Positions 35,722 to 49,340 of a DNA stretch of 64,000 nucleotides are shown here, one piece after another; within the stretch, counting starts at the first letter, position 1; each line of letters starts with the position of its first letter. The notes beneath the pieces are model-generated. The model did no database searches and was not told where the DNA came from. It saw only the letters and a list, made by a program, of their open reading frames with translations. Both the position numbers and the translations under genes were made by a program. Origin of the DNA: Gekko japonicus (lineage: Eukaryota); assembly GCF_001447785.1 (NCBI RefSeq), contig NW_015173687.1:724694-788693 (forward strand), read 5' to 3'.

Positions 35722-36486
35722 GTGAGGCTCATGTGGTTCTGTAGTGGAGTGTTTGAGAGAACAGGCTTTTTGGCTTGATTGAGTGGCTATGAAAATGGTT
35801 GTATTACTGATGGTGGGAGCTGAATGTATCCAGCCTATGCAGTGCTGTCCATTAACAGTGCAGCCTATGTAGTGCAGTCTTCTGAACAAGCTCTATGCAC
35901 TCTTGCACAGCTCATCTCCATGTGAATCTATGAAGCTGCCTTGTACTGGGTCAGGTCCTTGCTTCATCTAGCCCAATACATACTCTTGACTAGCTGCTGC
36001 TCTCCAAGGTCCTGGGCGGAGACTGTTTCCCAAGCACTGCTGTTTGAGAGATGCTGGGGATTGAACTGGAGGCCTCCTGCATGCAAAGCACAGCCCTTCC
36101 CCATTAAGTAGGGCTTGTATGAGAAAGTATCCTGCTGAACTGTGTGCTGTATTATCTAGTGGGACTGATGTGCTCCTTGGATTTTCCATCTCTGGTACCA
36201 CATTGTTTTTGGCTGGGCTAGAACTGATGGCCTTTAGGTCACTTTGTTGTGATAATGGGGGTGGGGGAAGGTCTTTGGCACATTAGCTCCAGAATGACCC
36301 CATCCCTTAACTGTGGTTGTGCATCATCTCCCTTTGCTGTGTTGAAGGATGAGGATATCTGTTGTGCTCCATATACTTCATTCTGGTTCCTCCATCCTTG
36401 CGCAAGCTTTAAGCCCCAACAACCAGGCCCCTCTTGAGAGCAGCCATAACCAGTTTTCTTGCCTGCTTTTGATCCTCTGCTCTTAG

Positions 36487-36992
<506 letters not shown>

Positions 36993-38347
36993 AGAGCCAA
37001 TGTTCTTCATTCCTGCTTACAGAAGGAAAGTGGGATGTGGTGGTATTAGCCTTATTATGGGCATTTGAAGCTGCCTTCTGCCTGAGTCAGACCATTGATT
37101 TACCTACCTCAATATTACCTGCTCTGACTTGCAATGGCTCTTTGTGGTCTGTGGCAGAGAAACGTCTTTTCCAATGACTGTGATCCTTTAACTGGAGATG
37201 CCGGAGATCGAATCTGGGACCTTTTGTATGCAAAGAATGTGCTCTACCATCAAAGCCAATCACTATTTTAAAACAGAGATTAAGCACGTTTAGAACCCAT
37301 CCCTCACATTCTACAGAGCAGCCCTTAGGAGCAGACATAGACTGATAGTATCACCCTAGTGCTCAAAGACCTGCACTGGCTGTCCATCTGTTTACAGGCA
37401 CAGTTCAGAGTTCTGTTTCCTCCCTTTAAGGCCCTAAATGGCAGGGGAGAGGGGCAGGGCACTTGAAGGACCCACTTCCTCAGGTACTGTCCAGCCCACC
37501 TCCTCACAAACCTTGTTCTCTAAGCCCCCCACTTGCAGATGTGAGGTTGGTGGTGTCCAGTGACAAGGCTTCTTCAATGGTGCCACCTTGCCTGTGGCAT
37601 GCCTTTCCCCTTGAGGTTTGCTTGGTGCTTTTACTGTCTTCTGGGTGCCAGGCCAAAATTATTCTTTTTACCCAGTCTTAATCAAAAGGGCTGGAATCTT
37701 TTTACATCTGTTTCTAACCTTGAGACGGTTCGAGGCTCCTTTAAAGCTGCTAAATATTTTATGCGGTGTTATGTTCCGGCTGAGTTTTGTTGATGCTGGT
37801 TTTAATTGTTGGTTAACTTTTAATGATCTTATTCTGTTTTATTATTTTATTGTGTTTTAATTTGCGAGCCACTTTGGGCAGGTTCTCTGGAGAGGTGGCA
37901 TACGCATTTTCTGAATTAATAAAACAAGACGGCTTGGGGGAATCTCTGCTTAGCCATGAAGCTCACTTCGTTACTACAGACCAGTCTTTTCTCAGCCTAA
38001 CCTACTTCACAGGGTTGTTGTGAGGATGAACTTATGTGGCCCCTATGTACTGCCCCTGATCTCACTGGAGAAAAAAATGATTCCTTCGCATTTATGACTG
38101 ACAGAGCTCCAATTACTTTCTAGCTTCCTTCCATCCATTGTGGCATTTGGGGATTAATCTGTGCCCAGTTGGGCATTCCTCTCTGTGCCCTTTAAAGTGT
38201 GGTGTTAGGGGAGGCTCGTAGTTCACGTTTTGGAGTTAGAGCCACAGCAGGGGACACAAAGCACCATCCATCCAAATTCGATGTTTCCTGATTTGAATTG
38301 CACTTCCTATGCCTCACTGCTTCTCTTTTCATGTCATGTCCTGCCAG

Positions 38348-38492
38348 GAGAATCAGGCCATCCCACTGGTGTCAGTTGCAAGCTTAACCTTTGGTGGAAA
38401 TACCAACAAAGCGATCAAAAGGCAGCTGTCCAACCTTTCAGAGGAGGAGAAGGCAGAGAGGCTGGAGAAACAGGGGGATTCTTTGGAGACTG
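38348..38492 (+). CDS. PNPLA7: PNPLA7 coding exon 11
   Basis: ENQAIPLVSVAS...; phase 0 to 1. Confidence 0.9.
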
Positions 38493-39286
38493 GTCAGTGT
38501 TCCCTTCTTAGAAGTTGCTCTGAGTGGCGTGGCCCACGCTTTGGGTCTGAAGACTCCTTGCCACTTGCTTACATGTCTTTGACACACCTGTTTCAAGCCC
38601 ACGTGGGGCAGTTCTGTCCAGCAGAATGTTCTGTGGGATACGTGAAAAGCCAAGCATTCCTCTTTGGGATACATGCTAAGCATTCCTTGGTGACTGGGTG
38701 CTCACATCTTACTGGCATGATTAGCAGATCTATGTGGTATTGGGATAACGGCCGTGGGAGTGTATAGCTATCTCTTGCTTCAGAGCTAGGCTCTCTCTCC
38801 CGTGTGCTAAAGACATGAGACCTTAGGCTTAGTAACTGGCTTGTGTTCATGCTGGGAACATTGCACAGAATGGGGATTCTGCTGTCACACCTTCCCTCTC
38901 CCGGGTGCAAAGAGCAGGGTTTGCTTAACCCAAATCACATATATGGAAATGAGTGCCATGGAACCCTTTGTTTACCCCCCCCCCCCACCAGTGTTCCCTC
39001 TTAAGGTGTGCATGTGAGCGGCCACTCATGAACACGGGAAACCCCGCTCAGCAGCAGTTCGGAGCCATGCAAGGTCTTGCACTGTCCACTGCCCATTTTA
39101 AGATTACCGCAGTTATATTCTGCTCAGGATGTGAACTGTTCTGCTCAGTGGGGGGGGGGATAGAGGGAACATGCCCCCCCCAATAACAATGGCGACCTCT
39201 TTTGTCTTGTGCATCCCTTTGTGCTGGGAAAACGCCATGTCTTGGGAGTCTTGGTCTGGTCATTGTGTTTCTGTTCTGGATCTCAG

Positions 39287-39370
39287 ACACAGGAAAGGCT
39301 CTTGGATCAGAGAGCACCCTCAGGAGGAGCTTGTCTCTGACGTCTCCCTCTGGATCTACTGACAGTGCTG
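39287..39370 (+). CDS. PNPLA7: PNPLA7 coding exon 12 (linker)
   Basis: (D)TGKALGSESTLRRSLSLTSPSGSTDSA; phase 1 to 1; LRRSLS resembles the mammalian LKRSHS linker. Confidence 0.8.
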
Positions 39371-40034
39371 GTGAGCAGGAATTTGGAGGGGGAGTCAATG
39401 GGGTTGGGGAAGGACTGTTGTTGTTTAAAAGTGCCTGGTGCCTCTTAACAGGGTTCCAGAAGAAAGACCCCTGCCCTGAGGAGCCTACAATGTAAAATTG
39501 CCCTAAGGAAGGGGATGGACATGGAGAGGATTCCTCCGTTCATTCCAGTTTCAACATATTCAGGCTTAGCTATAGTAGGGCAGAGGGGATTAAGGAATTT
39601 GTGCCAAAGGTTTTATAGAGCAGCTGATGTGATTTTTGAGGAGGGAGCTGAAGGAAGTGAGGGAAGGTGGCACCATGCAGATGTCCTAGGAGGTAGTTTG
39701 AGGTGTAAGGGCAGCATGGCAGGGGAGACTCGTTGACAAGAGCAGGAGACCTTTGAATGGCTGGGGGTGGTGGGGCTGGAGGAATGAAGGTCACAGACGG
39801 GTGCATTGGGGTCGGAGCGTGGAGGGATTGGGGGGATTGGCCAGGTTTGTACTGGGTCCAGAAATAAACGGAGCCAGTGGAAGGATTTAGAGTTGAATGA
39901 TGTGCACGTGGCACTCGGTGTCCCTCCAGATCACTTCTTAATCTCTGCCCTTTGGTGGGCAGGTAGGCATGCGATAGAAGCCTAGGAGGATGGTGTTTGA
40001 GACCACAGTTTACACTCTTTCTCCTGTTTTGTAG

Positions 40035-40135
40035 GAACCTCAATTGGAGCAAAAGCTGACCTGGACATGGCTTACGAGAGAGCCCGAGTGTCCTTCTCCT
40101 CGGAAGAGGGGCTGTCCAGCACCGCCACATGCAAG
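40035..40135 (+). CDS. PNPLA7: PNPLA7 coding exon 13
   Basis: (G)TSIGAKADLDMAYERARVSFSSEEGLSSTATCK; phase 1 to 0. Confidence 0.9.
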
Positions 40136-42326
40136 GTAGATTTCCCTGGGACCTGGTGCCTTTATTTGGTTGGGTGAACTGAACCATGGTCCTGAGTAAG
40201 TGTTAGTGCATAGGTGAGAAATCAGAGCTGAGAAATCTACCAAGTGATGTGTAATTTCTGGGCAGTTACTCTTTGAAGACATCCCCCCTCTGTTTTCTTA
40301 GGCACTTGACAACTTCTGTTTTAGCAAGCCTGATCAGTTCTCACTGTGTGAACTGCTTTCTAAAAAATATTTTAATGCTCCATGATCCCAGCATGTTGTC
40401 CTTGAAGCAGCCTCCATAAAAGGTAAAACAGTAAACATCTGCATAAAATAAGATTAGGTAAAACTAACACTTAAAAACAGAAAAATAAAGCAAACCAGAA
40501 AAAGAATGCAAAATATAATGATGAGGGAAAGCACACACACACACACCCAAGCAGAAGAGGACAGAATGAACAAGCTAATTAAGGATGGGGGTTGGTTATT
40601 GCTTGCTCTTCTGCTGCTGCTAATTACTATGTATTGGTTTTATTTAAAACACTTTTGCCCTGCCCAGTTTTTCTCTACATGCTGATTCAAGCTGGCTTAC
40701 AGGCCAAATTAAACATGCATTATATCATTAAAAAACAGGAGTGGGATTTCCCCAAACTATTGTTAGTACCCACAAAGCATCAGCTTCATCCACACAAAAA
40801 CACTTAACCTTCATTTTAAAACCGTCAATTAAAAATACACCTAAACAATTCTGCCTTGCTTTAACTTCCTGAATTTTCACGGAGTAGGTGCCTTCCTGAT
40901 CTGCTCAGACAAGCTGTTCCACAGTGGTGTCGGGGAGTCCACTTCAGGGGGCAAACAGATGGGCAGAAGCAGTCCATGCCCGTTCACAGGTGGGCACCAA
41001 AAGCAAGCCTTGGTCTGAGGAGCGGGGGTGTCTTGTAGGGAGAGATCAGGAGAGGCAACTTGTGCTTGGGCTGTTGGCTTGATTAGCTGTCCTGGTTTTC
41101 ATCCTATATCTGTGTCTTATTGTTGTGAACTTCTTTGAGAACCTTGGTTATGAGGTGGTCAAAATAGGGTTAAGAAAGCTTCCCCTCAAAGGGTAAGTAC
41201 ACTAGAGTGGCCACCACCAGTGATGTTTTCTCTTGCTGAGCTGTAGAATTTCCACTGCAGTTGCATGTCATCCTCTGCATTTATTGAAATGTTTAATTTC
41301 ACCGAAGCCGGCTGGGTGGATAACTGCAGTAGACAGCAGTTCAATAAAGCAGCTATTAAGATACTGCATGCTTGCTGCCTTGAATTGCAGCAGTTAAAAG
41401 CAAGCCAAAAGAAGGCCTTATATATTAACAAGCATTAATGAAAAATAGCCACCTCTTGGTCTAATTGTGCACCAAATATACAGCTGGAACAGAAGGTTTA
41501 ATTCCATTGCATCCGTTTCTGTTATCGTTGTGCAGCATATCCTGTTCGGCCGGACCAGCTTTTATTTTCCTCTTTTAATGAGGTTTTCAGTTGTTAGAAG
41601 CAATTTTCTGTTTGGAACATTAATTTAGACGCTGCCTTGATTCCGAAAGCATATAGAGCAAGTTGAGTGGTTGGATTTGGCCTCTTCAGTGGTGCCTGCT
41701 ACCGCTCACCCCTTTCTTCTTCCCGTATGGTCTGTGGAAGAGGCAGAAGTGAGGCCTGCAAAGGCTTGTGTTCCAGAGTTCACCACACAGTTGCTCAGGC
41801 CAGAATGATGGTAGCATGTGAGAGTCGGAGAGCCTATGAAGCTGCATTAAGTCATTGGTTGATGTAACTCAGTATTGTTTGCTCTCCAGGGTCCCGGGCA
41901 GAGAGGTCTGGTTCCCAACTGGCAGCAAAAGTCTTTCTTGGTCCGCCAGATCCTCTGACTGGAAGTGCCAGAGACTGTACCTGGGCCCTTCTGCATGCCA
42001 AGCGGGTGCTGAAGCACTGAGTCACTTTTCTTCCCCCACACCCCAGAGACCTCTGGGGCACACTCCCAACGGTTGCCAGCTGCTAACTGGGAAAAGGAAA
42101 AGGCCCTCTGCCTCCTGCCACCTTTTCAGTCAAAATCAGTTGCTGACCCTCGATCTAGGTGTTCACACAGTCCAGGACCTGCAGTGTTCCTGGATCTCAT
42201 CACCCAGCATCTGAAATCCCATTTCCTTTTGGACAAACAAGAGTGTAGAACAGATAATGTATGTTGTCACACACGTGCTCTGTGCAGCATGGAATAAGTA
42301 ACCATTGACGTTTCTGATTCTGAAAG

Positions 42327-42485
42327 TCCATCTTAAAGAAGACGGTGACCGTGACGGAAATGCCCTCGGCTGTCTTCCATTATTCCCAAGGCAACCTCGT
42401 CTCTCAGGAGCCTGGCGCCAGCAAACAAGTGGAGAGCATCTTTGAGGCTGCCAAGAAGGATCTCCTAACTCTGATGAAGCTGGAT
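42327..42485 (+). CDS. PNPLA7: PNPLA7 coding exon 14
   Basis: SILKKTVTVTEMPSAVFH...IFEAAKKDLLTLMKLD; weak AAG acceptor, so the 5' boundary is less certain. Confidence 0.85.
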
Positions 42486-43559
42486 GTGAGTGGTTGGGAA
42501 GGGCCACCATGGGCTTGTGGCCTTAAAAGGGGGGGGGGGGCTGCAGCATACAGGATGCCAGCTCTGGGCATGGGTAACGTCTGGCTTTGGGCACTCTCCG
42601 TATTCTTTAGTGTACGGCATGCCAAACATGGTCCCCTTTTCCTGCCCAAATGCAAACTTTACCAGCCCTCTGACAAGGAGAGTGATTTTCTTGATTATTT
42701 TCATCCCACATTTCTGCCAGAAATTGGTTCTCAAAGCAGCTTGTTGGCATCGAAATCTGATAGAAATGACAACATTCCATGCAAAAATGTTCCTTTTGTG
42801 GGAGGGGAGTTCTCAGCTGGAGGTGGACCCAGGCATGATGGAGGGAGTGCAGGGCAGCTTCCTGCTCTTTCCTCTGATGGTTTCCTCTGTGGCAGTTGGG
42901 AGCTGCAGCTGGGCCCAGGCGGGATGGTTGGGGTCCCTGGCTGCTGTCTCTGTTTTTTTGGGCCCTGCCAGTGGAACATTCGGTCCAAGTTCTTGCCTGT
43001 GGTTTCACTTGTAAAGAAAATAAATCAGCTGTTTCCAGGTGGCAAGAGACATTTACCACACTTCAGCGTTCCAGCTCCCTTTGTGGCTTGTTTGCATTTC
43101 TATGGCTCTGTGTGAGTCCATGTACTCCGTAACCATTACTGGAGGATGCCAGTTTAATTAAGAAGCCCTGCTGCTTATGAGTGACAATGTGGACTCTCCA
43201 ACACATTGTCTGGGGGACTATGAACAGGATGACATATTCGATGAACAGTACAATAGGGTTTGGACTACAGAAATCTGAAAACAGCTGAAATGAAGCATGA
43301 GCTTTGAAACATGACACATTAAATGGTGTGGAAAATCTGTGTAGGGAAGACGTTATCCATAATGAAAGTCATGTCCTGGACTGAACCCTTACACCTCAGC
43401 TTTGTTCCTTCTGCAAAAATTCCCACTGATCAGCTCTGTTTTGCACATTTTGCAAGATTATAGAAACAAGGGATACCTTCCTAATAGCCTCTGGTAGACT
43501 GCTCCACAAAAATAGCCACTGCAGAGTAAGTGTGCAGGATGGAACCTTCAGAAGGTTTT

Positions 43560-44070
43560 GTTCAGATGAGCAGAGCTGTCACAGTGGGATATGGTAAGGG
43601 AATGTGGTCCTGCTGGTATGTGGGTCTGATGCCTTCAAGGGCTTTGTAGGTGATAGCTAGCTCCTTGAACCCAGTAACTGATTGGTAACTGTTGCCTGAT
43701 AGTTGTTGTGCCCAGGCATTCTGTACCAACTTTAGTTTCCAAGAGTTGTCTTTAAGGGCAGATCCATTACAGTGCATTACAGTAGTTCAGCCTCAAGATC
43801 ACCATATCATAGATCCACATGGCCAGATCAGGAGAGTTGAAATAGTGGCCATCTTCTGAGCTAAGTTGAGTTAGTTGAATGCCTTTTTTTTTTTTGCAGC
43901 TGCATCATCTTGCTTCTTGCGCAATAAAGCTGGAGCAAGTGTCATCCCTAGGCTCTCAGCAAGAGTCAGCTGGACCCCATTAAAAGCGGGGAGCCCCATG
44001 TCATTCAGGACCTCAGCCTTCCCACCCAACATTACCTCCACCTTGTCAGGAGTCAGTTTCAGCATGATAT
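43560..44070 (-). mobile_element. Decayed L2 LINE reverse transcriptase fragment
   Basis: LKLTPDKVEVM...SLGMTL and KLKLVQNA...TYKAL, L2-clade motifs. Confidence 0.8.
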
Positions 44071-44214
44071 AATGAAACTAAAAGCAAGAATAAAATAAAT
44101 GCCTCCATAGCCGTGATACTTTCAGTGAAGGTTGCAGGTTTCCCCTTCAAGTGGGCCTTAGAGGGCTATTTCATGATTTTTGATTTTGTGATTTTTGTGT
44201 GTGAATGGATAGCT

Positions 44215-44275
44215 GTAGCCATGTAGTCCATGGGGTCGCGAAGAGTCGGACTCCACTGTGCAACTGAACAACAGA
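44215..44275 (+). mobile_element. BovB/RTE 3' terminus
   Basis: AGTCCATGGGGTCGCGAAGAGTCGGAC...CAACTGAACAACA. Confidence 0.75.
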
Positions 44276-44892
44276 AGCCCAGCAGGGGAAGCTGTAATTC
44301 ACAGCCTTGCCCCTAGGTGGTGCTGTGCCATCGTTTCCCACAAGAAGGAAAACGTGGACGCCTGTCCTCCAGCAGTGCTTTCCCTAATCTTAGTCTGCTC
44401 TATGTGTGTGTAAAGATAAAAAAAGAAACGGTGGAATTCTGGAACCTTGAATGCATTGTTTATATTAAGCAGCTCCTACATAGATCTGCTTATTGCACAA
44501 GATTTTTTTTTTGTTGTTATCTGGTCCATCATAGAGGCTATAGTGCCTTGGTTAGGACTGAGGAGACTCGGGCTCAAATCCCTACTCAGACATGAAGCTC
44601 ACTGGCTGATGTTGGGCAAGATGTGCACACTCAGCTGTGTGGATAAAATGGAGGGAGGACCATGTAACTGCCCTAAATTCCTTGGAGTAAAGATGGTGTT
44701 AAAAATACATGGATGAATACATAGATATGTGGACAGCAGTACAGTCTGACTTACCAGGCTGGACATTGGGTGAGGGTTCAGTGCCCTACAGAATCTGTGT
44801 CTCCCCCCCCCTCCCCCCAGCAAGGTCTCCAAAGCAGAACATATACCATTCAGTTTCAGGTGGGTAGCCGTATTAGTCTGTAGTAGCAGAAC

Positions 44893-45064
44893 AAAATATG
44901 AGTCTAGTAGCATCTTTGAGACCAACAACATTTTCCAGAGTATAAGCTTTCATGAGTCAAAGCTCGCTTAGTCAGACGCTTCCGACGAAGTGAGCTTTGA
45001 CTCATGAGAGCTTATACCCTGGGAAATGTTGCTGGTCCCAAAGGTGCTACTAGACTCTAATTTT
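44893..45064. repeat. Long inverted repeat made of two Penelope terminal repeats
   Basis: 84-bp arms (44893-44976 and 44981-45064), about 11 mismatches, 4-nt spacer; same family as 20955-21046. Confidence 0.85.
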
Positions 45065-45320
45065 ACAGAGCAGTCCACTTTCCTTGATATTTCAGGAACT
45101 TTCTAATGCGAAGTCTGTTAAAAGCCCAGTTCTAAAACTTAAACAGCTTGGGTCGTGCCTGAAAAGTTGTATGTTAGTCGAGAGAACTTTGTCACTTCTA
45201 AATATAAATGAGATGAATGTGGCACATGGATCATTAATCCAGGATCTATGAATGCTGTGATGTTGACACATGGCATTGATTAGCTGCCTTTTGCCTAACG
45301 TGTTTTGCTTTCTTTCTCAG

Positions 45321-45398
45321 GACCCTTCTCTCCTTAATGGAAGAGTGATGCTGCATCAGGTTACTGCTGGGACAGTGGTGTCAAGGCAGGGTGACCAG
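45321..45398 (+). CDS. PNPLA7: PNPLA7 coding exon 15
   Basis: [26 protein letters not shown]. Confidence 0.95.
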
Positions 45399-45773
45399 GT
45401 AAGTGCTTCATCTTCTATGTAAGGCGAGAGAATGCAGAATGATTTGCTCTTCTCTGACCTTGAGTGCCTTTTAGCTGCTTTTAGAAGTTATGTAAGGTTA
45501 TAAGAAAATAACAAGAATCCTACTGACATCCAGGAAGCCTGCCAGCAAAGCATGTTGGGAGATAGCTGTCTCTCTTGTTAACCCTGCTATGTAGTTCTCC
45601 GAGGTATACTGCCTCTAAATATGGAAGTTTTATTGTTCTGTCATGATTGATTGCTGCAGAGGGATCCCTCCTCTGTAAGTGAGTCAGTGCCAAAGTAGGA
45701 GGAGCCCTGCTGGACTCTTCTTGAAGACTTACAGAAGAAGAGGAGATTGGATTTATACCCTGCCCTTCACTAC

Positions 45774-46250
45774 TTTTTTTTTTAAAAAAAATTTATTTAT
45801 AATTTTCCATTATATACACTACATCTTCATGTTACATTTTTTATCCTTGTGAGTCTTTCATAATTACAGTCTCAATCCATACTTAGAAACTTTTCCTATG
45901 GTTTTCAAATATCTCCTTATTTTTACCTTGTAATCTTAAAGTTAATCTGTCCATTTCAGCTACTGCTAACATTTTTTCAATTAGATCTGTTTCTGAAGGC
46001 ACTTTCTCTTCTTTCCATGCTTTAGCTAGCAATATTCTTGCTGCAGTAAAGTAGTATATAATTACATATTTATCTGTGCTATTGTAAATATCTGGGATCA
46101 TATTTAGTAAAGCGATCTCTGGCCTAAATGCTATTTGCGTTCCCATTATTTCCTTTATCATTCGATAAACTTTTTCCGAGTATCTTTGTACCTTTTCACA
46201 TCTCCACCACATATGCATATATGTCCCAACATTTTTTTTTTCATTTCCAA
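45774..46250 (-). mobile_element. 5'-truncated L1 (ORF2 C-terminus), nested in a Squam3-like SINE (about 45735-46470)
   Basis: HMWWRCEKV...TAARILLAKAWK...AEMDRLT; A-rich tail; SINE sequence resumes on both sides. Confidence 0.85.
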
Positions 46251-46789
46251 CCTGAAGGAGTCTTAGAGTGGCTTACAAGCTGAGCGGCTCTCAGCGGCTT
46301 ACAAGCTGAGAGAGCTCTTACGAGGACTGCTCTTGTGAGAGAACAGCTCTGAGAGAACTTTTGACTGACCCAAGGTCACACCAGCAGCTGCATGTGGAGG
46401 CGTGGGGGATCCAACCTGGTTCTCCCAGATTAGACTCCACGCTCCTTAAGCACTATACCAAACTGGCTCTCAGATGAGCTGCGGTGGGCAAACGTACGGT
46501 CAGTGCACAGTGTTGAACTTCCCCGTGCTGTACCCTTCTGTCCATGCCTGCCTTGCATGTCTTTCAATACTAAGAATCTTGTTGGCTCTTATCCTTAAGC
46601 AGCAACAGCTGAAATTTATGTGGAGAAAAGACCTGGGTGGCTTGGGTGCTGGGCTTATCCTTGCAAGAGCAGGATAGAAACCCAAGTCGCCCAGCATCTC
46701 TGTCAGAGCTGCTGCTGTAGCCACACAGTAGAATGACGTCGTGGGGCTCTTGGACTGTGCTGCCTCCAGTTAGAAATGGTGGTGGTGGA

Positions 46790-47361
46790 AAGTGCCGTCA
46801 AGTCACAGCTGTCTTGCGGTGACCCCATGGGGGGTTTTCAAGGCAAGAGACATCCAGAGGTGGTTTGCCGTTGCTTGCCTCTGCAGCACGACCCATGTAT
46901 TCCTTGGAGGCCTCTCATCCAAATATTAGCCAGGCTAATCCTGCTTAAGGAGCTGCGGTGGCTCAAGTGGTTAAGACGCTGAACTGCAGGCTGTGGAAGG
47001 TCAGTAGTTCAGCAGTTCGAGACCCAGAGTGCCACATGACGGAGCGAGCTCCCGTCTCTGGTTCCAGCTCCTGCCAACCTAGCAGTTCGAAAGCAAGAAA
47101 TTGCAAGTAGATAAATAGGTACCGCTTCGGTGGGAAGGTAACAGTATTCCGTGTGCCTTGGTGTTTAGTCATACCGGCCACATGACCACGGAAACGTCTT
47201 TGGACAGCGCTGGCTCTTCGGCTTTGAAACGGAGATGAGCACCGCAACCCTAGAGTCGGATTCGACTGGCTTTCGAGCAAGGGAACCTTTACCTTTTTAA
47301 TCCTGCTTAGCTTCCAAGATCTGACAAGATCAGGTTAGCATGGGCTATCCAGGTCAGGGCC
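46790..47361 (-). mobile_element. 5S rRNA-derived SINE, split by a Sauria SINE
   Basis: Same family as 360-570; the two halves rejoin across the Sauria TSD. Confidence 0.8.
46948..47297 (+). mobile_element. Full-length Sauria SINE
   Basis: tRNA-like head, GCCAACCTAGCAGTTCGAAAGC and GTAGATAAATAGGTACC motifs, ACCTTT tail, 12-bp TSD TAATCCTGCTTA. Confidence 0.92.
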
Positions 47362-48253
47362 ATTAGAAATGGTACGATCCGGGAGATAAGGCAGACACGG
47401 GCGTCTCTCCCAAGGGACACCTGTAGGCTAAATGGGCTGAGAGAGGAGCCTGCTTGGCTGGAGGGTGGTCGTCTTGGTTTCTAAATGGATTCAGGCAGAG
47501 CACCCGACTCTCTTTGTCACTTGGTACAACCGTGGCAGGACCCATAGAATGGCAGTTCAAAGGCAATAGTCCTTGTAATGAAGTGTGCCATCTTCAGATC
47601 CTCAAGGGGGCACTGCGAAAAATAGTTGGGCATCTGTTGCAAGCCTAATCTCCCCATACTCAATGTGTACAGCTGGAAGAAATGCTCCCTCTGGGAGGCG
47701 TTGCACTCCAGAGCAATTGTGCTGGAAATGATTTGCTGTGCTTTGCCAGGTTGTTGTTTTCAGTTACCCAACAAAAAGAAAGCTGTCTGTGAGAATGTGC
47801 AGGAAGCCAAGGGCAGGCAGTAGACAATGCTTCTTCATAAACTAACAGAGTGTGGCGATGATAAGGGCAGGCAGGGTGCTTTCCCCCCCATTCCGCTACC
47901 TTCTCAGTTCCAATATCCAAAAGATTGCAGTGTGACCAGAATGTTTTCTTCAGCCTGCATGAAACACAGGCGGCTGCTGGGTTGCTGCAGGCTGGTAATC
48001 ATCTGGCATGCTGTTGCCACTAAATGTGTATCACCTGGTGGAGTCCCAAACAGATTTTATTACCGTCTTTGTGATACCTTCTCTGTGTCTGTTCTTCCTC
48101 CTTCAGTCTCTCTCACTGACCCATTTGTATGCCTCCCTCCAGTCCTGTCACTTGCATGCATTGTGACTTCCTTGGTGAAATGGCTCAGTGCAAATAAGAC
48201 GATGCTGACGGCCTATAAGGACCCTTTCTTTGCCTCGATGTGGTGCTCAAACA

Positions 48254-48492
48254 CCAGTTTGGTATAGTAGTTAGGAGCGCAGACTCTAATCTGGGAGAAC
48301 CTCCACATGCAGCTGATGGTGTGACCTTGAGTCAGTCACAAGTTCTTTCAGAGCTGTTCTCTCAAGGGCAGTTCTTGGGAGAGCTCTCTCAGCCACACCT
48401 ACCTCACAGGGTGTTTGTTAAGGGGAGGGGAAAGGGAAAGGATATTGTAAGTGAAGGGTGGGGTATAAATCCAATCTCCTCCTCCTCCTCTC
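48254..48492 (+). mobile_element. tRNA-derived SINE (Squam3-like)
   Basis: Same family as 33347-33625. Confidence 0.8.
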
Positions 48493-48772
48493 TCTAACAA
48501 TGTGCTGCACTTGCATCCACAGCCTTGTCTGCTTGTGCTTTTCTCCTCCAGTTTTTTTCTTCTGTCTTTTTCAAGGTTATCTATTTGGGCATAATTGGCA
48601 AAAAAAACCAAACACCACCCTCCATTTCCCTGAAAAAATCTGTGTGCTGAGTTTTAATTTCACATCTAATTTGTTTCTCTTAAGTCCCTCAACACATGAT
48701 CTTAAACACAGCTTGGGCTTTGCAAGTGGAGATCTGAGTGGCGGCAGCAGTCATGGCCATGGAACAGATCTG

Positions 48773-49320
48773 ATTTATTTATTTATTTATTTTTGGGACT
48801 TGTATCCCGCCCTATACATAGTGTCTCAGGGCGGCTAACAAATAGGGTTTAAAGATTTAAAAAAGTAAAACAATGTTACATACATACTAAAATGGTGCTA
48901 CAATAATTTACATAAAATAACCAAGATGCGCAACAGATCACATTGGCGGCAGGTTTTCTTAAAAGTATGAGCGCCAGGAGTACTGTTTCCCAGCTCAATC
49001 GGGCAGCATCTACCGCCCCCCCCCCCAGACAATGTGGCAGATGAAAGATGAAATCTTGGTAATGGAATAGTGGCGGCTCCTACTCGAAAGCCTGGCGGAA
49101 GAGCTCCGTTTTGCAAGCCCTGCGGAACTGTACGAGGTCCCGCAGGGCCCGGATCTCCTCCGGGAGCTCATTCCACCAGGTAGGAGCCGCCACCGAAAAC
49201 GCTCTGGCTCTGGTATGGGACAACTTTACAACTCGGGGGCCTGACACTTCAAGGTGATGGAAATTCCCCAGTCGCAGTGCTCTTGAGGGAACATACGGGA
49301 AGAGGCGGTCCCTTAGGTAT
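48773..49320 (-). mobile_element. L2 LINE 3' fragment, little decayed
   Basis: Open YLRDRLFPY...RAFSVAAPTWWNELP...FRRACKTELFRQAFE*, 3' UTR and (AAAT)n tail. Confidence 0.9.
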
Positions 49321-49340
49321 CTCTCTCTCTGCCTTCGCAG

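Noticed and set aside
42345-43115. 256-aa ORF
   Set aside because: Only the first 47 codons are exon 14; the rest is read-through past a consensus GTGAGT donor into G-rich intron
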